In this document: in pieces, positions 1 through 7,928 of the stretch
Layout of the letters: each line of letters begins with the position of its first letter
How positions within the stretch are numbered: position 1 is the stretch's first letter
Sequence record: OQ599310
Direction: 5' to 3' (one strand)
DNA from: Escherichia phage 55
Length of the DNA: 64,000 nucleotides
The notes under the pieces: generated by a model
What the model was told of the DNA's origin: nothing
Database searches by the model: none
What the model saw: the letters and a program-made list of their open reading frames with translations, nothing else
Program-made: the position numbers and the translations under genes

Positions 1-402
1 AGTATGTACTTGAACACCGGGCATTATTCTCACGGTGATGCAGGATTCATTGCGCCTAATGATGTGTTGATTCATATTAGTCGTTCTGGTAAAACTGAAG
101 AAATGATAGGCGTGGCTAAGCATCTTAAAATGATTCGACCGAACGTCAAACAGATTCTGTTGCATTGTAACCCAGACATTCCACAAGAAAATGAAGCCCT
201 TTTTGATTACTCTTTCTGTACAGGCATCGCGGTAGAGGTTGATGAGAATTCTCTGGCTCCGACCATGTCCACTACATTGTTGTTAGCGCTTATCGATACG
301 TTTGCTATCAACCTTTCGTCTGAACGTGGATTTACCTCTAATGACTTCCTTAAGTTCCATCCAGGCGGTGCACTAGGTGCCATGTTACGAGGCGAGCAAT
401 GA
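1..402 (+). CDS. SIS-domain sugar-phosphate isomerase, KpsF/KdsD-like (arabinose-5-phosphate isomerase family); 5' end lies outside the window
   Basis: Translation aligns to the C-terminal half of the KdsD SIS domain (HGD.G, ISRSG, APT.STT, HPGGALG motifs); no CBS domains follow; the Met at 4 is internal to the alignment so the gene starts upstream. Confidence 0.7.
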   Translation, partial: SMYLNTGHYSHGDAGFIAPNDVLIHISRSGKTEEMIGVAKHLKMIRPNVKQILLHCNPDIPQENEALFDYSFCTGIAVEVDENSLAPTMSTTLLLALIDTFAINLSSERGFTSNDFLKFHPGGALGAMLRGEQ

Positions 403-542
403 AAGCAATAACAATAGGACTTTTACTATTGATGCTTGCCATGACTATCTACTGGAGCTTAACGGCTCCAGTAATGATTCCAACACTTGTAATTGGATGG
501 ATTATGATTGGTCTACAGGCAAAGTATGAATGCTTTAACTAG
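399..542 (+). CDS. small hydrophobic protein (47 aa, two predicted TM helices)
   Basis: ATG overlaps the stop of the upstream gene (ATGA); continuous ORF with strongly hydrophobic translation; below the ORF-track length cutoff. Confidence 0.3.
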   Translation: MKAITIGLLLLMLAMTIYWSLTAPVMIPTLVIGWIMIGLQAKYECFN

Positions 543-555
543 AATAGTGTACAAT
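531..555 (+). promoter_or_regulatory. candidate MotA-dependent middle promoter (MotA box TGCTTTA, then TACAAT -10 about 12 bp downstream)
   Basis: TGCTTTA at 531-537 and TACAAT at 550-555 upstream of the 584 ORF. Confidence 0.3.
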
Positions 556-583
556 ACACCTACTTACCAATGAGGACTTCAAC

Positions 584-2269
584 ATGAAAAAAGCTGTTAT
601 TCTTGGTGCTGGATTAGCAACTCGTTTATATCCAATTACTCACCATATTCCTAAGGTGCTTGTTAACTATAAACAAGACACTATTCTGAGCAATTTGTAT
701 ACAATTTATTCTGACCTTGGCGCAGATGAAATTATTGTAGTAGTTCATTCAAAATTTGCTGAAACTGTTCGAGCTTATTGTGAGCAAGAAGGGTTCAATG
801 TGACTATTCGTACAGTTGATGAAGCGTATGGATCTGCTTATGCTCTTGCTAAATTACACAAAGATTTAGACGGCCATAATGTAATTGTTAACTGGTGTGA
901 TATTATTCCTGATTTTGGTTCATGGTCTTGGAATGTCAACGCAATCTATGTTAAGGGTGATGAATGTCGATATAATTTCGACGGTGAAAATATCACTAAC
1001 GTAGGTTCAACAGGCGGTAATGTTGTAGGAATTTATCAGTTCAAAGACTGGGAATTCTATATGGGTTCTACCGATGAGGAAATTCATGAATACTGCAAAG
1101 GACGTGATTTCGTAGAATTCCTTTACAGCGGCGCATTCAATAAATCAGAGCTTATGAATATAATTGATTTAGGTGATATGCCTAAACTTGAAAAAGCTCA
1201 TGAAGTTCGTGAACTTAATCGTAGTTTTAATGCAGTTGAAATTGGTGAAGAAACTGTAACTAAATTCGCATTAACCGAACAGGGACGAGCTCTTCAGAAA
1301 GATGAGATTTCATGGTATTTGAAAGTGAAATCAGATTCAGTTCCTCAGTTAGTTTCTGTTAATGAAAACAATTTTGAAATGGAACGTATTAAAGGTAAGC
1401 CGGCATTTGAATATATTAAATCCAAATCAAGTCTTGCTCGTCCACAAATTGTTGATGCAATTTTAGATGCACTGAAATTCAGCACAGACACGTATTTTGT
1501 AAGTCCTGAAACTGTTCGTCGTGATTTCACTAAAGAATTCTATACGAAAGTTATTGATCGTTGTGAAAGCATTCAACCATTGATTGATTCATTTGGTAAA
1601 ATCACACATGTGAACTACACTAAGATTGGACGTCTGAAGCCAATGTTGAAACAAGCTTTAGAACATCTTATTCGTTATCATAACCGTTCTCAGGGACAGT
1701 ACTCTGTTATTCATGGTGACCCGAACTTCAGTAATACTATGATTACTGATAACGGCGAAGTCAAGTTTATCGACCCTCGTGGATATTTTGGCGAAACCAA
1801 GATTTACGGGCCAAAATTGTATGACGAAGCTAAAGTGCTTTATGCTGTTTCAGGTTATGATGAATTCAATGCTAATCCGACCTGGGGACAGTTTACTATT
1901 GATGAAACAACTTGTAATGTGACTATTAACATCAATCCATTAATTTACAAATATGGAAAGATGAGTTCGTTTAACGAGTATCATCATTTGGCGGTGGCAA
2001 TTATCTGGATTGCATTAGGTGGTTATTTCAAGAATAATCCACTTAAAGCGGTAGCCGCATATTATAAAGGTATGGAACTTCTGACTAAGCAATTACGTAA
2101 CATGGGCCGTGTACTTCAAGACGGCTCTATTAGTTATGACGTAGCAGAACCTGTAACGGCTACTCTGATTACAAAAAATCCTGGTAAATGGGTACTAACT
2201 GATAAAGAAACTGGTGTTTCCTATCGTCCAATCGGTGGCGATATCACTCACCAATGGGAACGAATCTAA
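584..2269 (+). CDS. bifunctional sugar-1-phosphate nucleotidyltransferase (N-terminal, RmlA/GalU-like) fused to APH/NahK-like anomeric sugar kinase (C-terminal)
   Basis: N-terminus ILGAGLATRLYPIT..PKVLV matches the G-x-G-T-R-L-Y-P-I-T nucleotidyltransferase signature; C-terminal region has HGDPNFSN catalytic loop and FIDPRG typical of aminoglycoside-phosphotransferase-fold kinases; GAGGA RBS upstream. Confidence 0.65.
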   Translation: MKKAVILGAGLATRLYPITHHIPKVLVNYKQDTILSNLYTIYSDLGADEIIVVVHSKFAETVRAYCEQEGFNVTIRTVDEAYGSAYALAKLHKDLDGHNVIVNWCDIIPDFGSWSWNVNAIYVKGDECRYNFDGENITNVGSTGGNVVGIYQFKDWEFYMGSTDEEIHEYCKGRDFVEFLYSGAFNKSELMNIIDLGDMPKLEKAHEVRELNRSFNAVEIGEETVTKFALTEQGRALQKDEISWYLKVKSDSVPQLVSVNENNFEMERIKGKPAFEYIKSKSSLARPQIVDAILDALKFSTDTYFVSPETVRRDFTKEFYTKVIDRCESIQPLIDSFGKITHVNYTKIGRLKPMLKQALEHLIRYHNRSQGQYSVIHGDPNFSNTMITDNGEVKFIDPRGYFGETKIYGPKLYDEAKVLYAVSGYDEFNANPTWGQFTIDETTCNVTININPLIYKYGKMSSFNEYHHLAVAIIWIALGGYFKNNPLKAVAAYYKGMELLTKQLRNMGRVLQDGSISYDVAEPVTATLITKNPGKWVLTDKETGVSYRPIGGDITHQWERI

Positions 2270-2655
2270 TGCACCGTGTAGAAAACATGCTTAATCTTTG
2301 TTTTGATGTCGATGATTGTATAACAGAGTGGAATAACAATCGTGATTACGTGAACTTCAAACCAGACGTCGAAATGGTGTCTGCCATTAATGCCTTGTAT
2401 GATGCAGGGCATACCATAACGCTTTACACTGCTCGCGGTATGAAGTCAGTAGGTCCCGGTCGTATAGCAATTGACATTCTCCCGAGTCTGATTCAGAACT
2501 TGGAAAACATTGGCTTGAAGTACCATAATTTGCTAACACATAAACCAGTATATGATTGGATTATCGACGACAAAGCTATGCGTCCTGACGAATTCAAAGC
2601 TCTTATGAATAAAGGCGAATTCGAAACATTTAAATCATATAAACCGAATCTATAA
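2254..2655 (+). CDS. HAD-superfamily phosphatase (small, resembling the phosphatase domain of polynucleotide kinase)
   Basis: Motifs CFDVDDCIT (motif I), AGHTITLYTARG, YDWIIDDKA parallel the pseT phosphatase-domain motifs [21 protein letters not shown] in the same window; alternative start at 2269 (TAATG overlap). Confidence 0.55.
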   Translation: MGTNLMHRVENMLNLCFDVDDCITEWNNNRDYVNFKPDVEMVSAINALYDAGHTITLYTARGMKSVGPGRIAIDILPSLIQNLENIGLKYHNLLTHKPVYDWIIDDKAMRPDEFKALMNKGEFETFKSYKPNL

Positions 2656-2709
2656 TAATTTAAGTAAGACCTGCAAAAACCATCGCATCAATTAACGCGA
2701 GATGCAAAA

Positions 2710-3870
2710 ATGAACACTTTTAAAATCGGAACGAATTTTGATTTAGCTCTTCTTGATAAAATCGTAGAGCTCAATAAAACCTATCCTAATAGCTTGATAA
2801 ACGAAGTATATGGCTCTACAAGAGAAATGGCTTTTGTAGCAGCCAGACCTGATTTTAGGCTTCCTGACGTTGACAAAAAGATGTTAGAAGACTACGTTAA
2901 ACGTTGTAACGAATTAGGTATTTGCTTTAACTATACACTCAACACGATAAATCCTGGTTCAAAAAGAGAACTAGTTGAGTGGAAGAAGAAAGCTATTCAG
3001 GATTATGTTCAGTATCTTTGGTCAATAGGCGTATGGCGTATTACTATCGCTAACCCTGTTGTTATGGAAATTGTTCGTGAAGTCAATAAAGATATTGAGA
3101 TTGAAGTTTCAACAATTCTACATGTCGATGCTGTAACTCAAATCAAATACTTGCACGACCAATATAACATCAAAAAAGTCTGTTGCGGAATTCATAAGAA
3201 CCGTTCAGTTTCTTTCCTGAAGCGTGCAGCAGAGTTTTGCAATAAGAACAATATAATATTTGAAGTTCTTGTAAATGAGTTCTGTTCTAATGCTGGTAAA
3301 GGGTATACAACACATTGTAGTTATCGTGACTCTTGCTATATTTTCCATAGTACTGATGTTACCGCTGATGATGCTAAATCCTTAAATGGATATCCAATGC
3401 AGCACTGTATTAAAGCTCGTGATACAGATCCATTTAACTGGTTGAGAACTCGTTTTGTTCGTCCTCAAGATTTGAAACTTTATAATGATATTGGTATCAC
3501 TCAATTCAAAGTTTCAGGACGTACAGGTAGCACAGACTACATTTTGAAAGTTCTTGAAGCATACGCTTCTGAAAAGTTTGAAGGTAATTTGTTAGAACTG
3601 TGGAAGCCTTTAGAGACTATTTTCACTCTTGAAAACGAAACTGAGTTTTCACATACAGTAAATATTGAAACCTCTTTGTTAGATGGCTTTTTAGAAAAAA
3701 GGTGGTTCAGACATCCAGATTTTGATTGTGCTAATGAAATCTGTGGGTCAACGTGTACATATTGTGAAAGGTATTATAAACGTCAATTATCTAAAAACGG
3801 GTTAGCAGAAAACTCCATATCTATTATTGATATAACTAGCTCTGATGACGCTTTGAGATACCCGGAATGA
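2710..3870 (+). CDS. Cys-rich protein with divergent peptidase-U32-like motifs (family that includes Fe-S dependent hydroxylases RlhA/TrhP/UbiU-V); function unknown
   Basis: Segments FNYTLNTI, EVLVNEFCSNAGKGYTTHCSYRDSC and FKVSGRTGSTDY resemble the U32 core and GR motifs; assignment is from memory of the family signature and is tentative. Confidence 0.4.
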   Translation: MNTFKIGTNFDLALLDKIVELNKTYPNSLINEVYGSTREMAFVAARPDFRLPDVDKKMLEDYVKRCNELGICFNYTLNTINPGSKRELVEWKKKAIQDYVQYLWSIGVWRITIANPVVMEIVREVNKDIEIEVSTILHVDAVTQIKYLHDQYNIKKVCCGIHKNRSVSFLKRAAEFCNKNNIIFEVLVNEFCSNAGKGYTTHCSYRDSCYIFHSTDVTADDAKSLNGYPMQHCIKARDTDPFNWLRTRFVRPQDLKLYNDIGITQFKVSGRTGSTDYILKVLEAYASEKFEGNLLELWKPLETIFTLENETEFSHTVNIETSLLDGFLEKRWFRHPDFDCANEICGSTCTYCERYYKRQLSKNGLAENSISIIDITSSDDALRYPE

Positions 3871-4106
3871 TTTCTAGAAAAAGTTTTAATTATAAACTTA
3901 ACGAAGAGATTTTGACTATGAAACTGAACACTAACGAACAAATTCTTAAAAAGGCCCTTATGGGCCTGTTTGAAACCAAAGCGGCTAAAGTGATTAAAGA
4001 ACCTGTTCAATTGGAATACTACACTGATGCATTCCTTCATAGTGTTCTTGGAAGTATAGATTCTGAAGCTTTACGTTATATCAACATTGCCAAGAAATTC
4101 AAATAA
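3867..4106 (+). CDS. hypothetical protein (79 aa)
   Basis: ORF with ATGA start overlap to upstream gene. Confidence 0.4.
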   Translation: MISRKSFNYKLNEEILTMKLNTNEQILKKALMGLFETKAAKVIKEPVQLEYYTDAFLHSVLGSIDSEALRYINIAKKFK

Positions 4107-4148
4107 GCTTTATGAATTGAGTATATAATAAATTGTATTGAGGTAAAC

Positions 4149-4865
4149 ATGGGAAAACATAACACAATGAAATATATCAAAGCCGCAGATTTTCAAACCG
4201 CATTTAAAGCAGTCAATCGTGAAATTTTAGAAAACCCGGAATTCGTAACCGATTCTCGTATTGGACGTTGTAATGAAATTGGGTCTATGACAGTAGTTGT
4301 TGACAATCCATCATCATTCAAAATGACCGACCCACGTATTAACCGCATCTCTTATGAATATGCCGAAGACTTCTGGAAGTTTATGATTTCTGGTGGTACT
4401 GATGCAGAAGAAGCGTTTAAGGCATATCCTAATGTCGCTAAATTTATTTCTAAACCTAAATCAGACGCTTTGCCTGCAAACTTCAACACTTTCTACGGTC
4501 CTCGCATTGCGGCCCAATTACCAGCTCTTCTAAAAGAACTTAAAGAGAAACCTAACTCTCGAAGAGTTGTGTTCCAAATTCTAGAAAGTTCTGATCAGGC
4601 TTTGCTTGATTCGGACGAAACACTTGAATATCCATGTACTGACTCAGTAACTTATTATATTCGTGATGGTAAGCTTTATACCCACTGCCATATGCGTTCT
4701 CAGAACTGTGCTGTTGTTATGCAGTTGGATTTTTATCTCCAAGGAAAATTACTTCATTATATCGCTAACGAATGCGGTGTAGAAGTTGGTGATTATACTC
4801 ATACCATGGTAAGTGCCCATGTGTTTGAACGTGATTTTGATTATGTTAAAGGATTCCTTGACTAA
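4149..4865 (+). CDS. 42: dCMP hydroxymethylase (thymidylate-synthase-fold), gene 42
   Basis: TS-family core YPCTD...GKLYTHCHMRSQN with Cys nucleophile; size 238 aa; sits upstream of uvsX as gene 42 does in T4. Confidence 0.7.
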   Translation: MGKHNTMKYIKAADFQTAFKAVNREILENPEFVTDSRIGRCNEIGSMTVVVDNPSSFKMTDPRINRISYEYAEDFWKFMISGGTDAEEAFKAYPNVAKFISKPKSDALPANFNTFYGPRIAAQLPALLKELKEKPNSRRVVFQILESSDQALLDSDETLEYPCTDSVTYYIRDGKLYTHCHMRSQNCAVVMQLDFYLQGKLLHYIANECGVEVGDYTHTMVSAHVFERDFDYVKGFLD

Positions 4866-5764
4866 TGGCTATTTTCCGCGTACCAATCTTGAGTATGCGG
4901 TCTTATGAAACTGGACAGTATGCTATCCTTAAGGATGGCAACTTCCAACTTCATTTGCACCGTGCTAATCCAGGTGATGTGATTACATATCCACGTAATG
5001 CATCTGATATTAAAGAATGCGAACGTCTTTTCCCAGAATTTAAGTTTGTTCCATTATGGTATAAAGATAACGCGTATAACACTCGTAAATATTTCTGGTC
5101 TGAAAATGAATTTGTGGTTGATTCATTAATTGCTTATTATGATTGTGATTTTCTAATCACAGATATCACCGGATATGACGGCGCTTTTGATGTTGAATTC
5201 AATTTCAATATCACTGCAGACCCTAATAAACCACGTTTTTATATTGACGAATTCTTAAAAACCGATATGTTGTCGGTTAATCGTTCACTTCAAACTACTG
5301 TGTTGAATGAACGTCAAAAAGAAGTGCTGGTTAACGCAGGTGCAGATGGTAATAAGATTATCGTAACGCAGAAAGTTATACGTCCTTCCATCATGCAGCG
5401 TCTTGTAGGTGATTTGGCCCCTATTCATCTAGATGGTATTTTTCATCCATTTCGAATTAGTGACCCATGCTATCGTTTTGAACAAGTGGTTGAATGTGCA
5501 ATTCAATTAGGTCAACCGCTTTATATAACCGATCCAAATAATAGTTTCGACAGAAATAAGTATCCTGAAGAAGCGCTGATTCGAATTTTTAAACCAACTA
5601 AAACTGAGTACTATCAAATTCTTAAAGGACGACCGAAGATTCAATATTTCGAAAATCCTGAAGAAGTATTCCATCCAGGTCTTGGCGAGTTCATCTACTT
5701 TAATGCTTTAATTTCTTCGCCGTATAATATACCTAAATACGAAGATGTCGTAATCGAGGAATAA
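4865..5764 (+). CDS. hypothetical protein occupying the locus of T4 beta-glucosyltransferase; candidate DNA-modifying transferase
   Basis: 299-aa ORF, TAATG overlap with gene 42; no similarity I can recognise to T4 beta-gt. Confidence 0.45.
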   Translation: MAIFRVPILSMRSYETGQYAILKDGNFQLHLHRANPGDVITYPRNASDIKECERLFPEFKFVPLWYKDNAYNTRKYFWSENEFVVDSLIAYYDCDFLITDITGYDGAFDVEFNFNITADPNKPRFYIDEFLKTDMLSVNRSLQTTVLNERQKEVLVNAGADGNKIIVTQKVIRPSIMQRLVGDLAPIHLDGIFHPFRISDPCYRFEQVVECAIQLGQPLYITDPNNSFDRNKYPEEALIRIFKPTKTEYYQILKGRPKIQYFENPEEVFHPGLGEFIYFNALISSPYNIPKYEDVVIEE

Positions 5765-5765
5765 A

Positions 5766-6314
5766 ATGGCTAAAATTATTTTAGTAGATGGCCCAGATAA
5801 TGCCGGTAAAACAACTTTCATTAATGACATAATGGAAATTAGTGAAAGATACGTAAAGATTGATTTCCCTAAACGAACAGTTGATGGACGTTTCGATGTT
5901 AAGTCTCGAAATGAAGTTGGTTGTTTCGAAACGATGTTGAATTATTTAGACCCTACTAAGATTTATCTGTTAGACCGTGGATATATTAGTAACTGGGTTT
6001 ATGGACGTATTCGACAAGATGCGGACTCTGTTCTTGATGTTTATGAGCAGGATTATGTTCGTCTTTGCCAAAACCATGATGTGTTCACAATTATTTTAAC
6101 ACGTAACGAAATGACTGAAAGTTTTGAAGACGACCTTATTACTTTGTCTTCATTCGGTTTTAATACAGTCATTTCACATTTTGAAGAGTTTGCAATTCAT
6201 AACAAAATCCAAACGTATCAATTACTTAATCATGATGGTGCTAACAAAGTTATAGGATTTAATGCAAGCGAACGTAATGGTTTGATTATAGAAATCATCA
6301 AATGGGCTCGTTAA
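5766..6314 (+). CDS. thymidylate-kinase-like P-loop nucleotide kinase
   Basis: P-loop VDGPDNAGKTT and LDRGYISNWVYG resembling the TMK DR(Y/H)..S..AYQ motif. Confidence 0.5.
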   Translation: MAKIILVDGPDNAGKTTFINDIMEISERYVKIDFPKRTVDGRFDVKSRNEVGCFETMLNYLDPTKIYLLDRGYISNWVYGRIRQDADSVLDVYEQDYVRLCQNHDVFTIILTRNEMTESFEDDLITLSSFGFNTVISHFEEFAIHNKIQTYQLLNHDGANKVIGFNASERNGLIIEIIKWAR

Positions 6315-6332
6315 GAGCCATTTAAAGTTTTA

Positions 6333-6359
6333 AATGCTGTATAACCCTTAGTATATAAT
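6333..6359 (+). promoter_or_regulatory. candidate middle (MotA-type) promoter upstream of uvsX
   Basis: TGCTGTA (near MotA box) followed about 12 bp later by TATATAAT. Confidence 0.3.
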
Positions 6360-6412
6360 CATCTTATCTTTTAAACATGAGTAAAATATAATGACGCCTA
6401 TGGAAAAATACA

Positions 6413-7585
6413 ATGTCTGATTTAAAATCTCGTCTGATTAAAGCTTCTACTTCTAAAATGACTGCAGACTTGACTAAGTCTAAGCTGTTTAATAATCGTG
6501 ATGAAGTCCCTACTCGTATTCCGATGTTGAATATCGCACTAGGTGGTGCTCTGAATGCAGGATTGCAATCAGGCTTGACTATTTTTGCTGCACCTTCTAA
6601 ACATTTTAAAACATTGTTTGGACTAACTATGGTTGCAGCGTATATGAAGAAATATAAAGATGCAATCTGTTTGTTCTATGACTCAGAATTTGGTGCTTCA
6701 GAATCTTATTTTCGTTCAATGGGTGTTGATTTAGACCGTGTAGTTCATACACCAATTCAGTCCGTCGAACAACTTAAAGTTGATATGACTAATCAGCTTG
6801 ACGCGATTGAACGCGGTGATAAAGTTATTATCTTTATCGATTCAATCGGTAATACTGCATCTAAGAAAGAAACCGAAGATGCATTGAACGAGAAAGTCGT
6901 AGGTGATATGTCTCGTGCTAAGGCACTTAAATCTCTGTTCCGTATTGTGACCCCGTATCTGACTATTAAAGATATTCCATGTGTTGCAATTAACCATACA
7001 GCAATGGAAATCGGCGGACTATATCCTAAAGAGATTATGGGTGGTGGTACAGGTATTCTTTACTCTGCTAACACTGTATTCTTTATCTCTAAACGTCAGG
7101 TTAAAGAAGGTACAGAATTGACCGGTTATGACTTCACGTTGAAAGCAGAAAAATCTCGTACAGTTAAAGAAAAATCTACTTTCCCAATCACAGTTAATTT
7201 TGATGGTGGTATCGACCCATTCAGTGGCTTGTTAGAAATGGCAACTGAAATTGGATTTGTTGTTAAGCCTAAAGCCGGGTGGTACGCTCGCGAATTCCTT
7301 GACGAAGAAACAGGCGAAATGATTCGTGAAGAGAAATCGTGGCGTGCTAAAGCTACTGATTGTGTAGAATTCTGGGGACCTTTGTTTAAACACAAACCTT
7401 TCAGAGATGCAATTGAAACTAAATATAAACTAGGTGCTATCTCTTCTATTAAAGAAGTTGATGACGCTGTTAACGACCTTATTAATTGCAAAGCAACAAC
7501 TAAAGTTCCTGTTAAAGCTTCTGATGCTCCGTCTGCAGCAGATATTGAAAACGACCTTGACGAAATGGAAGATTTCGATGAATAA
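6413..7585 (+). CDS. uvsX: UvsX RecA-like recombinase
   Basis: 390 aa; near-identity over long stretches with T4 UvsX (MSDLKSRLIKASTSK..., FVVKPK.GWYAREFLDEETGEMIREEKSWRAK). Confidence 0.95.
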   Translation: MSDLKSRLIKASTSKMTADLTKSKLFNNRDEVPTRIPMLNIALGGALNAGLQSGLTIFAAPSKHFKTLFGLTMVAAYMKKYKDAICLFYDSEFGASESYFRSMGVDLDRVVHTPIQSVEQLKVDMTNQLDAIERGDKVIIFIDSIGNTASKKETEDALNEKVVGDMSRAKALKSLFRIVTPYLTIKDIPCVAINHTAMEIGGLYPKEIMGGGTGILYSANTVFFISKRQVKEGTELTGYDFTLKAEKSRTVKEKSTFPITVNFDGGIDPFSGLLEMATEIGFVVKPKAGWYAREFLDEETGEMIREEKSWRAKATDCVEFWGPLFKHKPFRDAIETKYKLGAISSIKEVDDAVNDLINCKATTKVPVKASDAPSAADIENDLDEMEDFDE

Positions 7586-7919
7586 TCTCGATGATTTAAA
7601 TCTAGAAATCGTTGATGAATCCCCTTCTTCGGAAGGGGAAGACATTCGCAAAGAACGAGTGTTTAATGAATCTCTTAAAATTATCCGTTCAGCAATGGAA
7701 AATGTCATTCAAGAGATTCTGATTACACTTGAAGATGGTTCTCATCATATAGTCTATATTACAAAACTAGACTGGGTTGATGGTAAAATCGTAATGGACT
7801 TTGCAGTTCTTGACCAGGACAGAAAAGCAGAACTTGCACCGCATGTTGAAAAATGTGTTACAATGCAAGTACAACAAGCTTTTAATGAACGGGCCAAGAA
7901 AAAATTTAAATTCTTTTAA
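7578..7919 (+). CDS. 40: gp40 head vertex assembly chaperone
   Basis: 114-aa ORF starting at ATG overlapping uvsX stop (ATGAATAA); position between uvsX and 41 as in T4. Confidence 0.55.
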   Translation: MNNLDDLNLEIVDESPSSEGEDIRKERVFNESLKIIRSAMENVIQEILITLEDGSHHIVYITKLDWVDGKIVMDFAVLDQDRKAELAPHVEKCVTMQVQQAFNERAKKKFKFF

Positions 7920-7928
7920 GGAGTTATC

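Noticed and set aside
1345-1530. 61-aa ORF on the minus strand inside the nucleotidyltransferase-kinase gene
   Set aside because: Fully embedded antisense in a well-supported long ORF; no RBS or promoter; typical chance ORF. The same applies to 3783-4040, 7126-7491, 8006-8260, 8990-9250 and 13282-13905.
2254-2269. Upstream ATG at 2254 as the start of the HAD phosphatase
   Set aside because: Not excluded, but the ATG at 2269 forms the TAATG stop-start overlap that recurs in this genome; neither has a strong SD, so the start is left ambiguous.
7434-7919. 161-aa ORF as listed in the six-frame track
   Set aside because: The first 48 codons overlap the uvsX C-terminus in another frame; the real gene 40 start is the ATG at 7578 overlapping the uvsX stop.
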